A stretch of 64,000 nucleotides of DNA, taken from positions 13,567 to 77,566 of the forward strand of contig CAYLZE010000012.1 in the NCBI GenBank assembly GCA_964388035.1. The letters are read 5' to 3'. This DNA is from an uncultured archaeon. Its GTDB lineage: Archaea > Asgardarchaeota > Lokiarchaeia > Sigyniarchaeales > SOKP01. The notes beneath the pieces are model-generated. The model worked only from the letters and a program-made list of their open reading frames with translations, was not told the DNA's origin and did no database searches. The position numbers and the translations under genes are program-made. Below, in pieces: positions 39,613 to 50,704 of this stretch (its first letter is position 1; each line of letters starts with the position of its first letter).

Positions 39613-41934
39613 ATGTCTCAATCAAAATCTAAGTCAGAAAGTTTGAAAGCTAAACTAAAAAAACTCTTAAATCCCGATACTTTAATGATTAAGAAAGAAG
39701 AACAAAAGTTTTATTCCTTTAATAAAAAATTTTTCGGACTCTATATCATATTCTTATTATATTCTTTCGTGCTCTTGTTTACTATCAATGCACCAAATAA
39801 TATTATTACAAGTTTGTTCACGTTCGGTAACCCTTTTGCACTTTCGGTCACTCTCATTGTATTTTTCATAATTCTCTCTTTTCTCTATAGCAATGACACG
39901 GTTAGAATATTTATCTTTGAAAAAAATACCGTAATCAAACAATTAGCACTCTACGTCGGAATTATTGTACCTTTATTCTTATTATTTTCCCTTGTCATAG
40001 GAACCACATTCAATCTTACATCCTTTTTACTTGTCTTGTCTATGATCTGGTTAATTATCTATAGTAGCAGGTATTATATTTATTCTAGAAAATTCTCCAC
40101 CAAAATTGAATCGCGGATTATAAAAAAATATTCGATCATGAGAAATTTCATTGTCACAATCTCGCCCATCATCATTTTAGCAGTTTTAGTGTTTATATCT
40201 TGGTTATATAGAGCATTATTGGTATATTTCTCCTTAGATTTTCTCGCCCCTTCCGATCCATCGGGTGCTGTTTCAGTCTATTATGTAGAGATGAGAATAA
40301 TCATGCCTTTAATCTATTCAAGTTTAATTATTACCATGGTATTTATTTCGATTGAATACATATTTACCAGAAGAAGAGGAGAAACAAAAAGAGCAGGTAT
40401 TTTTGATAATTTTACCTTTGCCTTCATCGTATTTTTCATTTTTTTCTTCCAACTCATGCAAATGACTATTTACCTGCTCTTGAGAACCGAAACAGTATCT
40501 GCTTTAAAAAAAGTGCTCGGAACTACAAGCTCAACGGCAAGTTTTATTTTCTTTCTGGAATTCGGAGTATCCATGATCTTTTTATATAGGGTGCTTACCA
40601 AGACCGGGAGATCTCTAGGATGGAACATTTTATTCTTTAAACAAGACGGGTTGATTTTATTCATGCTAGCATCTATATTTTCACAAACCACCACGCGTTT
40701 TTCTCTTTCCACAAATGTTCCTAATCAAGAAATAACGGGACTGGGAATCATTTTTTTGTCAGATAAATACGTTATCTCTATTATCATGATCCTTTTCTTA
40801 GGAATCACGCTCCTGATTTATTATTTAAAACCCCATGAAACCTCAATGTTCATGAGAATGGAAAAAGAAATAATTGATGAAGAAGAACGGGAAATGGATA
40901 TCGTGTATAAATTAATTCGAAATGAATACATAAGACGGGGAGAACCGTTTCCCGTGGAAATTCTGGAACGTCAATTAATTAAAAATACCCAAATGTCAAA
41001 AGCTGCTGTATACTCATTACTCCGGAGATTAGCGGAAAAAGAAGTAGATATCGAATTAAAACGAATGCCTGATGGACAAGGGAGATTGGTCTTAATGATA
41101 GATTTTATTTCAGTGACAGAACAATTCGAAAAAAAGGGTGCTGCACATAAAAAAGCTCAAAGATTTATTTCGAATAAATTAATTCAAACAATGTCTGGAC
41201 CACGACGTAAAGAATTGAAATTACAGGAGAATTTAAAATCTGATAAAGCAACCGATCAATTTATCGCTTCTTTATCTCACGATTATACTAAGAAACAATT
41301 GGAGGAAGAGAAATTTGAACAAAAAAGAGAAAAAGAGCTAAGGAAAGTAAAGTTTAAAGAAGGAAAAGTTCCCGAGTTTCTGAAGGATGAAATTATAGAC
41401 CTAATTAAAGAAGAATATATCTTCAGAATAGAAAATCCTGAAAAATATTCAAGCTATTTGATTCCAATTTCAGATATTTCACTAAAAATCCAAATGCAAA
41501 CTAAGATTACTCCAGGAGATTTATACCCCTTATTGAAAAAAATAGGGAGAAGTGATTTAGAAATGAAATTACTCCGAAATCCAGAGAATAAGGAAGATCA
41601 ATTAATATCTTTTTTTCCGATAGCTAGCGATTCGATAAATTTTTCCCTCGAAAGCTTTAGACCAGAAGAATATTCAGCAATTAAAGTAAAAGTTATTGAA
41701 AATTTCATTGAATGTTTTAAAAGGGTAAGAACTAAAGATGTCATTTTGAATTTAAGCAAAGGTATTAAAAAAGAGACGGAAGATCAAAAAGAATGGAATG
41801 ATATTCTATTTTACTTATCAGAGGAATTCCCCAAATTAGATATGGATTTAAAGCGCGTTCCTAACTATAATGTATTCATGAAACATTTTAATGAATACTT
41901 GAAAAAAGCAGATCAAATGAATACAAAACAATGA
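39613..41934 (+). CDS. Polytopic membrane protein (about 10 TM) with soluble C-terminal winged-helix-like domains
   Basis: Hydrophobic segments in aa 40-405; two related wH-like segments (LIRNEY...VYSLLRRL; LIKEEY...LYPLLKKI). Confidence 0.75.
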   Translation: MSQSKSKSESLKAKLKKLLNPDTLMIKKEEQKFYSFNKKFFGLYIIFLLYSFVLLFTINAPNNIITSLFTFGNPFALSVTLIVFFIILSFLYSNDTVRIFIFEKNTVIKQLALYVGIIVPLFLLFSLVIGTTFNLTSFLLVLSMIWLIIYSSRYYIYSRKFSTKIESRIIKKYSIMRNFIVTISPIIILAVLVFISWLYRALLVYFSLDFLAPSDPSGAVSVYYVEMRIIMPLIYSSLIITMVFISIEYIFTRRRGETKRAGIFDNFTFAFIVFFIFFFQLMQMTIYLLLRTETVSALKKVLGTTSSTASFIFFLEFGVSMIFLYRVLTKTGRSLGWNILFFKQDGLILFMLASIFSQTTTRFSLSTNVPNQEITGLGIIFLSDKYVISIIMILFLGITLLIYYLKPHETSMFMRMEKEIIDEEEREMDIVYKLIRNEYIRRGEPFPVEILERQLIKNTQMSKAAVYSLLRRLAEKEVDIELKRMPDGQGRLVLMIDFISVTEQFEKKGAAHKKAQRFISNKLIQTMSGPRRKELKLQENLKSDKATDQFIASLSHDYTKKQLEEEKFEQKREKELRKVKFKEGKVPEFLKDEIIDLIKEEYIFRIENPEKYSSYLIPISDISLKIQMQTKITPGDLYPLLKKIGRSDLEMKLLRNPENKEDQLISFFPIASDSINFSLESFRPEEYSAIKVKVIENFIECFKRVRTKDVILNLSKGIKKETEDQKEWNDILFYLSEEFPKLDMDLKRVPNYNVFMKHFNEYLKKADQMNTKQ

Positions 41935-42059
41935 TTTAACATTCTTTTCTATTTTTTCTCTTTTTTTTATTTAAAAAATTCTTGATGTTTTTAATCAATT
42001 GGCTTAGTATTGCACCTTTCATTTAAAATTTATGATTTCATATCTTCTAAGCTTAAAGA

Positions 42060-42416
42060 TCACGAGCTTGATTTTTCTTGAAAGTTAATTATTGCTTTTT
42101 TTAAGCTTTTTATTGCTAAAGTCACGCATTTTTCTTTATTAGGGGGAATATAACCCATCTTTTTTTTTATGTCTTTCTCCGTGAGGCTTAGTGCTTGATG
42201 TATCGTTTTTTTTTTAACCATTTCAGTCAATTTACTAGAGGAGGCCATTGCTACTCGACAACCAAGGCTCTCAAATTTGATTTCATCGATAATATCCTCC
42301 TTAATAATGAGATACATATAGATTATATCTCCGAAGGAATTATCTTTTGCTTCTCCAAAACCGTCTGGACTTTTAATTTCCCCCACGTTTTTAGGATTTA
42401 GGAAAAGATCTTTCAT
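42060..42416 (-). CDS. IscU/NifU-N-like scaffold, degenerate
   Basis: NPKNVG, GD-x-I, F-x3-GC-x-VAMASSS, PPNK-x2-C; first ligand Cys replaced by Phe. Confidence 0.8.
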   Translation of the reverse strand: MKDLFLNPKNVGEIKSPDGFGEAKDNSFGDIIYMYLIIKEDIIDEIKFESLGCRVAMASSSKLTEMVKKKTIHQALSLTEKDIKKKMGYIPPNKEKCVTLAIKSLKKAIINFQEKSSS

Positions 42417-42420
42417 CTTG

Positions 42421-44940
42421 TTAGTTTAAATCAAGCGAGGAATTTTTATAATTAAGTATCATTAATTTTCTTCGTCGAGGAATGGATACCCTTTGAACAC
42501 CCATCTCTTTTACTTTCTCGGCTGCATCTTCTAACTTATACGGATTTTGATGAAAAAAGCATACTTCTTTGGGTTCTAAAACCTTGATCATTTCAATTAA
42601 CTGCTCTTGATCTCCGTGTAATTTTATTCTTAATTGTGGCGCAAAAGTATTTAATAATAATGCCCTGATGGGCACTTTCCATGTATCTGAAAACGATATT
42701 TCTTTTGCTCCCTCAATTAATGAAGCACCGGGGTCTTCTTGTATGGAGCCTGCTAAGAAAATTAGGTTATGAGGATTTCTCCCTATGACGTTAATGATAT
42801 TTCTAATTATTCCATAACTAAGATCAGGTGGATGGGAAATGATAATATTGTTTTTTTTCCTCAAAAAGTCTAAATCATCAAGGTCAAACCATCTAAATTT
42901 GATACTATTGAAAGGATTCGCTTTATCTTTAATTAATCGGGAAATGGGACCATAAATATATTCATATCGGTGATTAATCACTTGAATGTTCTTCCTTACC
43001 ATTAAATCGACATAAATGTTAGGTCTCTTTTTGAACCCTTCCCTTAATTGTAATTTCCTAAAGTATCTCCAAAAAACTAGCATGAAGGAAATAGCCAAGG
43101 AAGAAGGATCCGCCCCAATTAATGTACAATCCCCATATTCTGCTTTTTGCTCCAGAAATAGAATGAGACTATTAAAATGACTATAAGGGTCACCAAATTT
43201 CTCGTGTGCACTAGTCGCATCTATCAACAAGAAATCGATGGGTCTTGAGATTTGTTCTAAGAATCTTCTGGTTCCTGCAAAGGGCGTGATGTCCCAATAA
43301 GTATAATCCCCTGTATATAGAAACCGAAAATCCTTTATTTTTACTAAAAGCATTAATGCTCCTGGCATGTGTCCCGCATGGAAAAACGCAAGATAACAAT
43401 CGGGCTCTTTAAAATCTATTCTTGTACCATTTTCAACGTATATGACGTTCTGGATCACCTTGATATAATCTTCTTCTTGAATATAACTAGGGTCTTCTTG
43501 TTTTAAAAAACCGGAATCCCTTAACAGGTACAAATCTAATGTAATTCGTGAAGAAAGAATGGGAATGTTGGGATGCGCCTTTATTAAATCTTTTAATCCC
43601 GATATATGATCAAAATGAGAATGTGAAATAAAAATTGCATCTAGTTCTTGCATGGGCATGTTTTCTAACTCATCTTCAGCTTTGACGCCCTCTTCATGCT
43701 TATCTTCTAAATTATCCTCCAACATGAGTCCCTCATTTATTGATTGTCCTTCATTTAATTGGACATCATTCAATTGCTCTTCATTCGGTGGTTCTTCATT
43801 CAATTCTTCATGTATTGCTTGCCCTTCTATTTCACTTTCTTGAGTGGTTTTTAAAGGTCTCATTTGTTCGGGAATTCTATAAACTAAATCTCTGCTATTC
43901 TTACCATTTTTAAGATCTATTTCTCTTTCAGATAAAATTTTCGGATAATTTTCCAAATAATATTTGATATATTCAAAATGCTCTTCTGAAATTCCACAAT
44001 CTAACATTAATTTGAAATCTCCAATTCCTAGAATCATGCAATTGTGATTGGGTTCGTGAGATATGGGATATAACGTGAGAGTAATATCTTCCAGACTTGT
44101 ATCGCTATTTATAAGGGAATAATGTTGTAGATGCACTTCACTAAATCTTTTTTCGATTTTATCGATTGCCAATGAAATTTGGCTATCACCCACTGAAACG
44201 CCTGTTATGTACCAATACCAACCGAATTTTTCCACCAAGACATCTAAATTTTCATACATTTTATCACCTGTAAAAGATTTGATTACAATTACTCTTTCTT
44301 TTTCATAATAGATGATTTTAGCTATTGATTTCTTCTCTTTTAACGGGATCCCATCAAAGTGAAAGAAAAATTCATGTAATACTTCCATGATTTCCATTTG
44401 AGCAATCTTTCTTGTCTTGATTATATTCATGTACTTATTATATTCTTTTGTCCTGTAGAGCGGACGCATGTTCTTTTTCTGCTTTATCGATATCAATTTT
44501 TCCTCAAATTCAAATTCCCCTACTTTAACGATAATTTCCTTGCGACTCCTTTTCCCTTTTTTTTCTTTCTTCCCCTTAGGACCGCTTTCTTTTACTTCTT
44601 TGTTGGAAACAAAAAAAAACCATCCATATTTCTTAATTAGATCATTCCTGTGCCAGATGATTTCCTTTCCCATGTTCGTCAATAAAATAATAATGCGATC
44701 CTCCAGACAGTAGAAAATTTTTGAAATGGATTTTTTGACCGCTTTCTTAATCGTACTCTCTTTATTAAAAAAGTCATCTAACACCTTTTCGATCGGAGCT
44801 AAATCTATCCCTTCTTTCTCCATTTTCTTTCTTTGAAGCGTGTATGAATGAATCTTGTAAGAAGAATCAACCTGCTTGACTTCTTCAATTGGAATTTTTT
44901 CACTTTCAAAGATAAATTCAGAATGGCTTGTAACATCCAT
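42421..44940 (-). CDS. Beta-CASP metallo-beta-lactamase nuclease, divergent aCPSF1/FttA-like, with two degenerate KH-like domains
   Basis: LDCG, HSHFDH, AGHMPGA, YTGD, IDAT, LHGD, FFH; duplicated N-terminal ...GW-containing repeats. Confidence 0.8.
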   Translation of the reverse strand: MDVTSHSEFIFESEKIPIEEVKQVDSSYKIHSYTLQRKKMEKEGIDLAPIEKVLDDFFNKESTIKKAVKKSISKIFYCLEDRIIILLTNMGKEIIWHRNDLIKKYGWFFFVSNKEVKESGPKGKKEKKGKRSRKEIIVKVGEFEFEEKLISIKQKKNMRPLYRTKEYNKYMNIIKTRKIAQMEIMEVLHEFFFHFDGIPLKEKKSIAKIIYYEKERVIVIKSFTGDKMYENLDVLVEKFGWYWYITGVSVGDSQISLAIDKIEKRFSEVHLQHYSLINSDTSLEDITLTLYPISHEPNHNCMILGIGDFKLMLDCGISEEHFEYIKYYLENYPKILSEREIDLKNGKNSRDLVYRIPEQMRPLKTTQESEIEGQAIHEELNEEPPNEEQLNDVQLNEGQSINEGLMLEDNLEDKHEEGVKAEDELENMPMQELDAIFISHSHFDHISGLKDLIKAHPNIPILSSRITLDLYLLRDSGFLKQEDPSYIQEEDYIKVIQNVIYVENGTRIDFKEPDCYLAFFHAGHMPGALMLLVKIKDFRFLYTGDYTYWDITPFAGTRRFLEQISRPIDFLLIDATSAHEKFGDPYSHFNSLILFLEQKAEYGDCTLIGADPSSLAISFMLVFWRYFRKLQLREGFKKRPNIYVDLMVRKNIQVINHRYEYIYGPISRLIKDKANPFNSIKFRWFDLDDLDFLRKKNNIIISHPPDLSYGIIRNIINVIGRNPHNLIFLAGSIQEDPGASLIEGAKEISFSDTWKVPIRALLLNTFAPQLRIKLHGDQEQLIEMIKVLEPKEVCFFHQNPYKLEDAAEKVKEMGVQRVSIPRRRKLMILNYKNSSLDLN

Positions 44941-45150
44941 GATTCTAATAAGTAGGCATTACTTTATTGATTTGAAATATATAATCATGATACGAATGAA
45001 CCGTATTTTTATGCATAAAAAAGGTGGACTATATACAAAATTTCTCATATTTTAATTTAGAAAAAATTATATTTGATACCAATATTTATGAATTTTAAAT
45101 CGTAAAAATGTAAACATATAAAAAAACAGAAATGAAATTGAATAGTCACC

Positions 45151-45738
45151 TTGAGGGTCATGACAGATAAAAAAAAATCCTTTAAAATAATGTGGGGAAT
45201 CACGGGAACGGGATACATGATTGAAGAATCCATTCAACTCATGAAAAAACTCCAAGAACTTTACCAAGAAAAAATAAATTTTACCGTAATGCTATCGAAA
45301 GAAGGCGAAGTCGTGGTAAAATGGTATAAACAATGGGATTTTCTCAATGAAGTGATTTCTAAAGTGCGAGTTGAAAAAACGGCAAATAATCCCTTTTTTG
45401 CTGGCCCCTTACAGGTAGGACAATTCGATCTTTTTATTGTCTGCCCTGTTTCCGCGAATTCCGTGGCTAAGGTTGTATATGGCATTGCAGATACGTTAAT
45501 TACAAATTGCGTGGCTCAAACCATCAAAGGAGGCATACCAGTTTATCTCTTTCCTTCTGATCAATATTTAGAACCTATAACTACTACTCGCCCCGATGGC
45601 TCAGCTCTCACTCTTAAAATACGCGATATTGAATTAGAGAATATAAATAAGTTGCGGAACCTGGAGGGAGTAATAGTTCTCTCCAACTTTTCTGATATTG
45701 AACCGCTTATCGTCAAATCCATCGCTAACAATAAATGA
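45151..45738 (+). CDS. Archaeal flavoprotein (AfpA-like, HFCD family)
   Basis: WGITGTG, LSKEG, PVSANSVAKVVYGIADTLITN, PSD. Confidence 0.85.
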   Translation: MRVMTDKKKSFKIMWGITGTGYMIEESIQLMKKLQELYQEKINFTVMLSKEGEVVVKWYKQWDFLNEVISKVRVEKTANNPFFAGPLQVGQFDLFIVCPVSANSVAKVVYGIADTLITNCVAQTIKGGIPVYLFPSDQYLEPITTTRPDGSALTLKIRDIELENINKLRNLEGVIVLSNFSDIEPLIVKSIANNK

Positions 45739-45796
45739 ATTAAAACAATTACAAGAAAATTTTATTTAAAAATAGTAAAATGTATTTCCCTTAAAT

Positions 45797-46243
45797 TTAT
45801 GCTTTTAAGATTATGGGAATAATAGCTTTTTCAGGACATGAAGCTTCACATTTTAAACAATGCTGACATTTATTAACCTCCTTGAACTTGAATCGGATGC
45901 CCTCTTCTTTTTTTTCCCCTTTACTTACTATATCCTTATAGAAAAGGTTGTTGGGACAGAATTTTTTTTCCTCATTCACGCAGTCTCCGCATAGTGTACA
46001 TTTCTCATGATCGATTTTGATCCCAATCACTTGATTAGGATAAGCAGAAGTCACTTGAATTGCGTTACGAGGACAGACTTGCACGCAGTTCAAACAAGCT
46101 TTACATTTATCATAATCAACCATGCGGATACTATTCTTAAAGTAAATGGCGTGCTGTCTGCAAGCTCTCACACAGCGTTCACAATGCATGCAGAGTTCTT
46201 GATCGATTTGAATCGGAATAAATTTTTCTTTAGTAGTCATCAT
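45797..46243 (-). CDS. Polyferredoxin (four [4Fe-4S]-type motifs)
   Basis: CMHCERCVRAC, CKACLNCVQVCP, CTLCGDC...CP, CQHCLKCEASCP. Confidence 0.9.
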   Translation of the reverse strand: MMTTKEKFIPIQIDQELCMHCERCVRACRQHAIYFKNSIRMVDYDKCKACLNCVQVCPRNAIQVTSAYPNQVIGIKIDHEKCTLCGDCVNEEKKFCPNNLFYKDIVSKGEKKEEGIRFKFKEVNKCQHCLKCEASCPEKAIIPIILKA

Positions 46244-46466
46244 ATTTTTTTAAAACTTTTCAATTCCACAATTTAACCCAAGATTATGATAATGAACGAT
46301 TTAAATAATAAAAAATTCATTTTTATAGATTATTAATCAAGATATATAATCGGTTTCACAACTACTTATAAAATCCAAATTATTAATATTACATGGGTAT
46401 CTTAAATAAGTACATTTTATGCGAAAATTAGAATGCATGAAAATTTAGAAAAAAAGATAGTTTTCT

Positions 46467-47264
46467 TTATTGATAATACTGCGTGTAAGCTCCTCCCTCT
46501 CCCGGTTGCCCTAATTGCTGGGTTTGATACTGCTTGGCTTTTTCTGCAAGTTCTAACATTTTGGCTTTAATCTCCTTGCCCTCCTCAATTAACTTGGAGG
46601 TATCGATCTTTAAATGATAAATGGTATTCAATACTTCTATTATTGCTGCAGCAGCTTCAGGGGTTGGAATTTCCAATACTGGCGTAAATAAGGCATATGC
46701 CTTGAGTCGATTCGTTAAAGCTTCGTTTAAAAGCGTTGCTTCAGGGCCTACGATGACGCCTTTCTCGACTTTTTCAATTCCAAATCCCTCAAGAAATCCA
46801 ATCATCTCGGCTTCCGCAGCATAATATACTGGAAAATCATCAATTATTCCCATTTTTTGGGGAATCCCTTGAATAACTATTATTTCTTTCGCTCTCACAT
46901 CCCTAGAAAGAGCCCAATTGCAAATCGTACGAGAAAGATCATTATATGCTGAAGAAATCTGAAAAGGAACTTCGCAAATTCCTAAAATCAAATTATATTG
47001 CAGAGAATAATAAAGTCTGAAAGGATGTTTTAAAATTCCTTCATAGAACACGGCGATCGGGGGCAAATGCTCGCTAGTAATGAATCCAATTTCTTTAAAA
47101 TCACTTATTTGGTCAATTAATGAATTACATACAATTGGACCGATAAGACCAATTCCGGCAAAACCTAATAAAAAAGTAGCTCCTTCCTTTATTTGAACCG
47201 AGAAATCATCAATCACAACGGAGCTTTTATCCCCTTTTGAACATATATATTCCTTTCTAACCAT
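46467..47264 (-). CDS. PAC2-family proteasome assembly chaperone, copy 1
   Basis: GFAGIGLIGPI, HLPP, PFRLY, GPEATLL, PTPEAAA; C-terminal YYQ (HbYX). Confidence 0.9.
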   Translation of the reverse strand: MVRKEYICSKGDKSSVVIDDFSVQIKEGATFLLGFAGIGLIGPIVCNSLIDQISDFKEIGFITSEHLPPIAVFYEGILKHPFRLYYSLQYNLILGICEVPFQISSAYNDLSRTICNWALSRDVRAKEIIVIQGIPQKMGIIDDFPVYYAAEAEMIGFLEGFGIEKVEKGVIVGPEATLLNEALTNRLKAYALFTPVLEIPTPEAAAAIIEVLNTIYHLKIDTSKLIEEGKEIKAKMLELAEKAKQYQTQQLGQPGEGGAYTQYYQ

Positions 47265-47629
47265 TTAACTTCACTTCGTTTTTAAAATAAATACATACTA
47301 ATTTTTTCTTTAACCAATATATCTTTTTTTTTCTATTTAATTTACTTCATTTTACTTTATATAGTAAAATCTTATGAATCAAATAAATCATTTTAAAAAA
47401 AAAAAATATTGCACGTCTCAGAATAAAAAAATCGAAGTGCTGATAATTATTAATATATAAGTAAAGTTCATGAATTAGGTTATTTTAAAATCATTCAGAA
47501 ACTTAATCATTTATAGATTATCACAAGAGATCTTAAACGTATACTTTTACATATATATTAATAAGTAATAATTAGAAAAAAATTGCTATTTTCGAATGAT
47601 GCACATTAAAATCAAACTAAGGAATAAAG

Positions 47630-50600
47630 ATGGAGACTGAAAATAAAGAAAAGGTAAAGATCAAATTGGGAGGCATGACTTGCGCGTCATGTGCACTCAA
47701 AATAGAAACCAAGTTAGCAGGCTTGGAGGGAGTCGATAGTTCCGTTGTAAATTTCGCAAATGAAGAGGCTACCGTAGAATATAATCCCACAGTTACTAAT
47801 TATAGAAGTTTCGATAAAGCAATAAAAGATTTGGGGTATAAAGCATCTTTAGCAAAAATTGATTTAAAAGTGGAGGATACTATAACGGAAGAACAGTTTA
47901 ACAAATTAGTGGAAGAAGCTAAGAAAATCAAAGGTATCTATAGCATACGCAGTAATTTCGGTGCATTAAAACTTTTCATAGAGTTTAATGAATTAGAAAT
48001 CGGGGAAGGTCAAGTATATTCAAGCTTAAAGAAATTTGGCTATAATATTGAAAAATCCGCAGGTACTTTGGATAAAGAAATAGAAGCTCATAAGAAGGAA
48101 ATGAAATATCGGTTAAGAATTTTGATTATATCATTAATCTTTACCGCATTTATCGTGCCTATAAATTGGTTTGTTCCAGCAACCTTTTTACGCAATGTCA
48201 TTTTAGCGATTATATCCACTGCGAATTATGGCGTGGCAGGTTCTTTCTTCTGGGGGGGAGCGTATAAATCGCTCAAAAATAGATCCGCCAACATGGACGT
48301 GCTAATCATATTAGGAACCACCACGGCATATGCGTATTCCCTATTAACGACTTTTTTCATTTCGGGTGATGTATTTTATGAAGCCATGAGCATGATATTC
48401 TCTTTCATTCTAATCGGGAAATATCTTGAACATAAAACAAAAGGTCAAGCATCCGAAGCAATTAAAAAATTAATCGGACTGCAACCAAAGACAGCTACGT
48501 TATTAAAAGATGCAAAAGAAATTGAAATTCCTATCGAAGAAATAGAAAAAGGAGATATCTTGGTCGTGCGACCAGGTGAGAAAATTCCAGTCGATGGTGT
48601 TGTAATTAAAGGAAAGTCAAAAGTTGATGAATCCATGATAACGGGCGAAAGTAAATATATTACAAAAGAAAGTAATAGTAAGGTTATTGGAGCAACCGTG
48701 AATCAGACAGGATTACTTCAAATCCAAACCGAAAAGATAGGAAAGGAGACCATGCTATATCAAATAATTGAATTTGTCAAAGAAGCCCAATCACGAAAAG
48801 GTGAAAAACAACGATTAGCAGATAGGGTAAGCAATTATTTTGTTCCCATCGTCGTGCTTGTTGCTTCCATTGCTTTTATATATTGGTATTTCATTGCCCA
48901 AATGGGTTTAGAAACAGCATTACTTGTTTTCACCTCTGTCGTTGTCATATCCTGTCCTTGTGCATTGGGATTAGCTATACCTACTGCTATCATGGTAGGA
49001 ACAGGAAAAGGCGCGGAGAACGGTTTGTTAATTAAAGGAGGAGACTCCTTAGAAGCAATAAATGGGATTAATACCATTGTATTTGATAAAACGGGAACAT
49101 TAACCGTGGGCAAACCTAAAGTCGTTGAAATTTTCACGGAACAAGATTTGAAAGGCACGGGAATTTCAGAACGAGACTTGTTATTTTTTGCGGGAAGTGC
49201 AGAAATGGGTTCGGAACATCCGTTAGGATTAGCAATAATCGAAGGAGCCAATCAAAAAGGGTTGTCGCTCAAAGAACCGGCAGATTTTGATGCTATTCCA
49301 GGAAAAGGACTCGTCGCTACGATTGATAATCGAGAAGTCCTTTTAGGAAGTCCAAAATTACTTGAAGAAAATCATGTTGATGCCGATAAGTACAAGGATA
49401 AGTTTGAAGAATACCAACTTCAAGGAAGAACTGTCATATATGTGAGTATAGATAAACAAGTGAAAGGAATAATTGGTATTTCTGATAAAATAAAAGATCA
49501 AGCTCCTTATGCTCTTAAACTTTTAGGAGAAATGGGAATAGAAATTTACATGCTCACGGGCGATAATAAACAAACGGCCTTGATTATCGGGAAAGAGTTA
49601 AAGATCGATGAGAACCACATATTTGCTGAAGTATTGCCTAATCAAAAAGCTTTGACCATAAAAAACCTGCAAGAATCATCGGAAGGTAGAGTGGTCGCAA
49701 TGGTTGGAGATGGAATTAATGATGCTCCTGCTTTGGCACAAGCAGACACGGGAATTGCCGTTGGTTCGGGCACGGATGTTGCTATTGAAACGGCAGATAT
49801 CGTGTTAATGCGCGGAGATCTCAGAAATGTTGTTTCTGCAATCAAATTATCGAAGAAAACTTATAAGAAAATGATTACCAACCTTTTCTGGGCTTTAATA
49901 TATAACATGATTGGTATCCCCCTTGCGGCCGGCGTGTTATTCATCGCTACGGGATATTTCTTGCCTCCATATTTAGCTGCAGTTTTCATGGCTTCGAGCT
50001 CGGTCTCAGTAGTCACTAATGCATTATTCTTGAAGAGATATGAACCCAAAACAGAACAACAACTTGAAGAAGAAAAGCTATTAATCGAAGAAAAGAAAGC
50101 TGTTGATCCCGTCTGTGGAATGGAAGTTGTCCCAAGTAGGGCTATTGAATATAAATACAAGGGGGAAAGCTTTTATTTCTGCAGTTCAAATTGTGAAGCA
50201 CAATTCAAGCAAGATCCGGAAAAATTTAAAAATTATGATAACATGAATCCTAAATTGATGCACCAAGGTCTGACCGAGCAAAATATTGTTACAGACCCCG
50301 TGTGCGGAATGAAAGGGAAACCAGAAGATTGGATTGAATACAAATACGAAAATAAAAAATACTACTTTTGTAGCGAAAATTGTCTCAAAGAATTCAATTT
50401 AAATCCTTCAAAATATATAAAATCTGATGAAAAAACAAAAAAATTTGAACAGATTGAACCTAAACAAGCACGAGAAGATGAATCTCTTGTTAACGTGCTA
50501 AAGTGCTCAGAATGCGGAACTATTCAAGAATTACCTCAACATTGTGGAAAACCAATGCATAAAGAAGGAGATCAATTAGTCTGCTGGATGGGGGCGAGCT

Positions 50601-50680
50601 GCGGATGTGAACCGATTCCAGAGCATCATGGAAAGCAAATGGAACTTGTTCAAATTTCTAAAAAAGAATTAAAACAATAA
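47630..50680 (+). CDS. copA: Cu+-exporting P1B ATPase with two C-terminal YHS/TRASH domains and an extra Cys/His domain
   Basis: GMTCASC, TGES, CPC, DKTGT, SEHP, GDGIND, YN, MASSS; two DPVCGM...YFCSxxC repeats. Confidence 0.95.
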   Translation: METENKEKVKIKLGGMTCASCALKIETKLAGLEGVDSSVVNFANEEATVEYNPTVTNYRSFDKAIKDLGYKASLAKIDLKVEDTITEEQFNKLVEEAKKIKGIYSIRSNFGALKLFIEFNELEIGEGQVYSSLKKFGYNIEKSAGTLDKEIEAHKKEMKYRLRILIISLIFTAFIVPINWFVPATFLRNVILAIISTANYGVAGSFFWGGAYKSLKNRSANMDVLIILGTTTAYAYSLLTTFFISGDVFYEAMSMIFSFILIGKYLEHKTKGQASEAIKKLIGLQPKTATLLKDAKEIEIPIEEIEKGDILVVRPGEKIPVDGVVIKGKSKVDESMITGESKYITKESNSKVIGATVNQTGLLQIQTEKIGKETMLYQIIEFVKEAQSRKGEKQRLADRVSNYFVPIVVLVASIAFIYWYFIAQMGLETALLVFTSVVVISCPCALGLAIPTAIMVGTGKGAENGLLIKGGDSLEAINGINTIVFDKTGTLTVGKPKVVEIFTEQDLKGTGISERDLLFFAGSAEMGSEHPLGLAIIEGANQKGLSLKEPADFDAIPGKGLVATIDNREVLLGSPKLLEENHVDADKYKDKFEEYQLQGRTVIYVSIDKQVKGIIGISDKIKDQAPYALKLLGEMGIEIYMLTGDNKQTALIIGKELKIDENHIFAEVLPNQKALTIKNLQESSEGRVVAMVGDGINDAPALAQADTGIAVGSGTDVAIETADIVLMRGDLRNVVSAIKLSKKTYKKMITNLFWALIYNMIGIPLAAGVLFIATGYFLPPYLAAVFMASSSVSVVTNALFLKRYEPKTEQQLEEEKLLIEEKKAVDPVCGMEVVPSRAIEYKYKGESFYFCSSNCEAQFKQDPEKFKNYDNMNPKLMHQGLTEQNIVTDPVCGMKGKPEDWIEYKYENKKYYFCSENCLKEFNLNPSKYIKSDEKTKKFEQIEPKQAREDESLVNVLKCSECGTIQELPQHCGKPMHKEGDQLVCWMGASCGCEPIPEHHGKQMELVQISKKELKQ

Positions 50681-50704
50681 ATTATAAAATGAGGGTTAAA
50701 AAAA

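Noticed and set aside
45151-46243. AfpA + ferredoxin as a split dihydromethanopterin reductase operon
   Set aside because: The genes are convergent, not co-transcribed; nothing beyond proximity supports it
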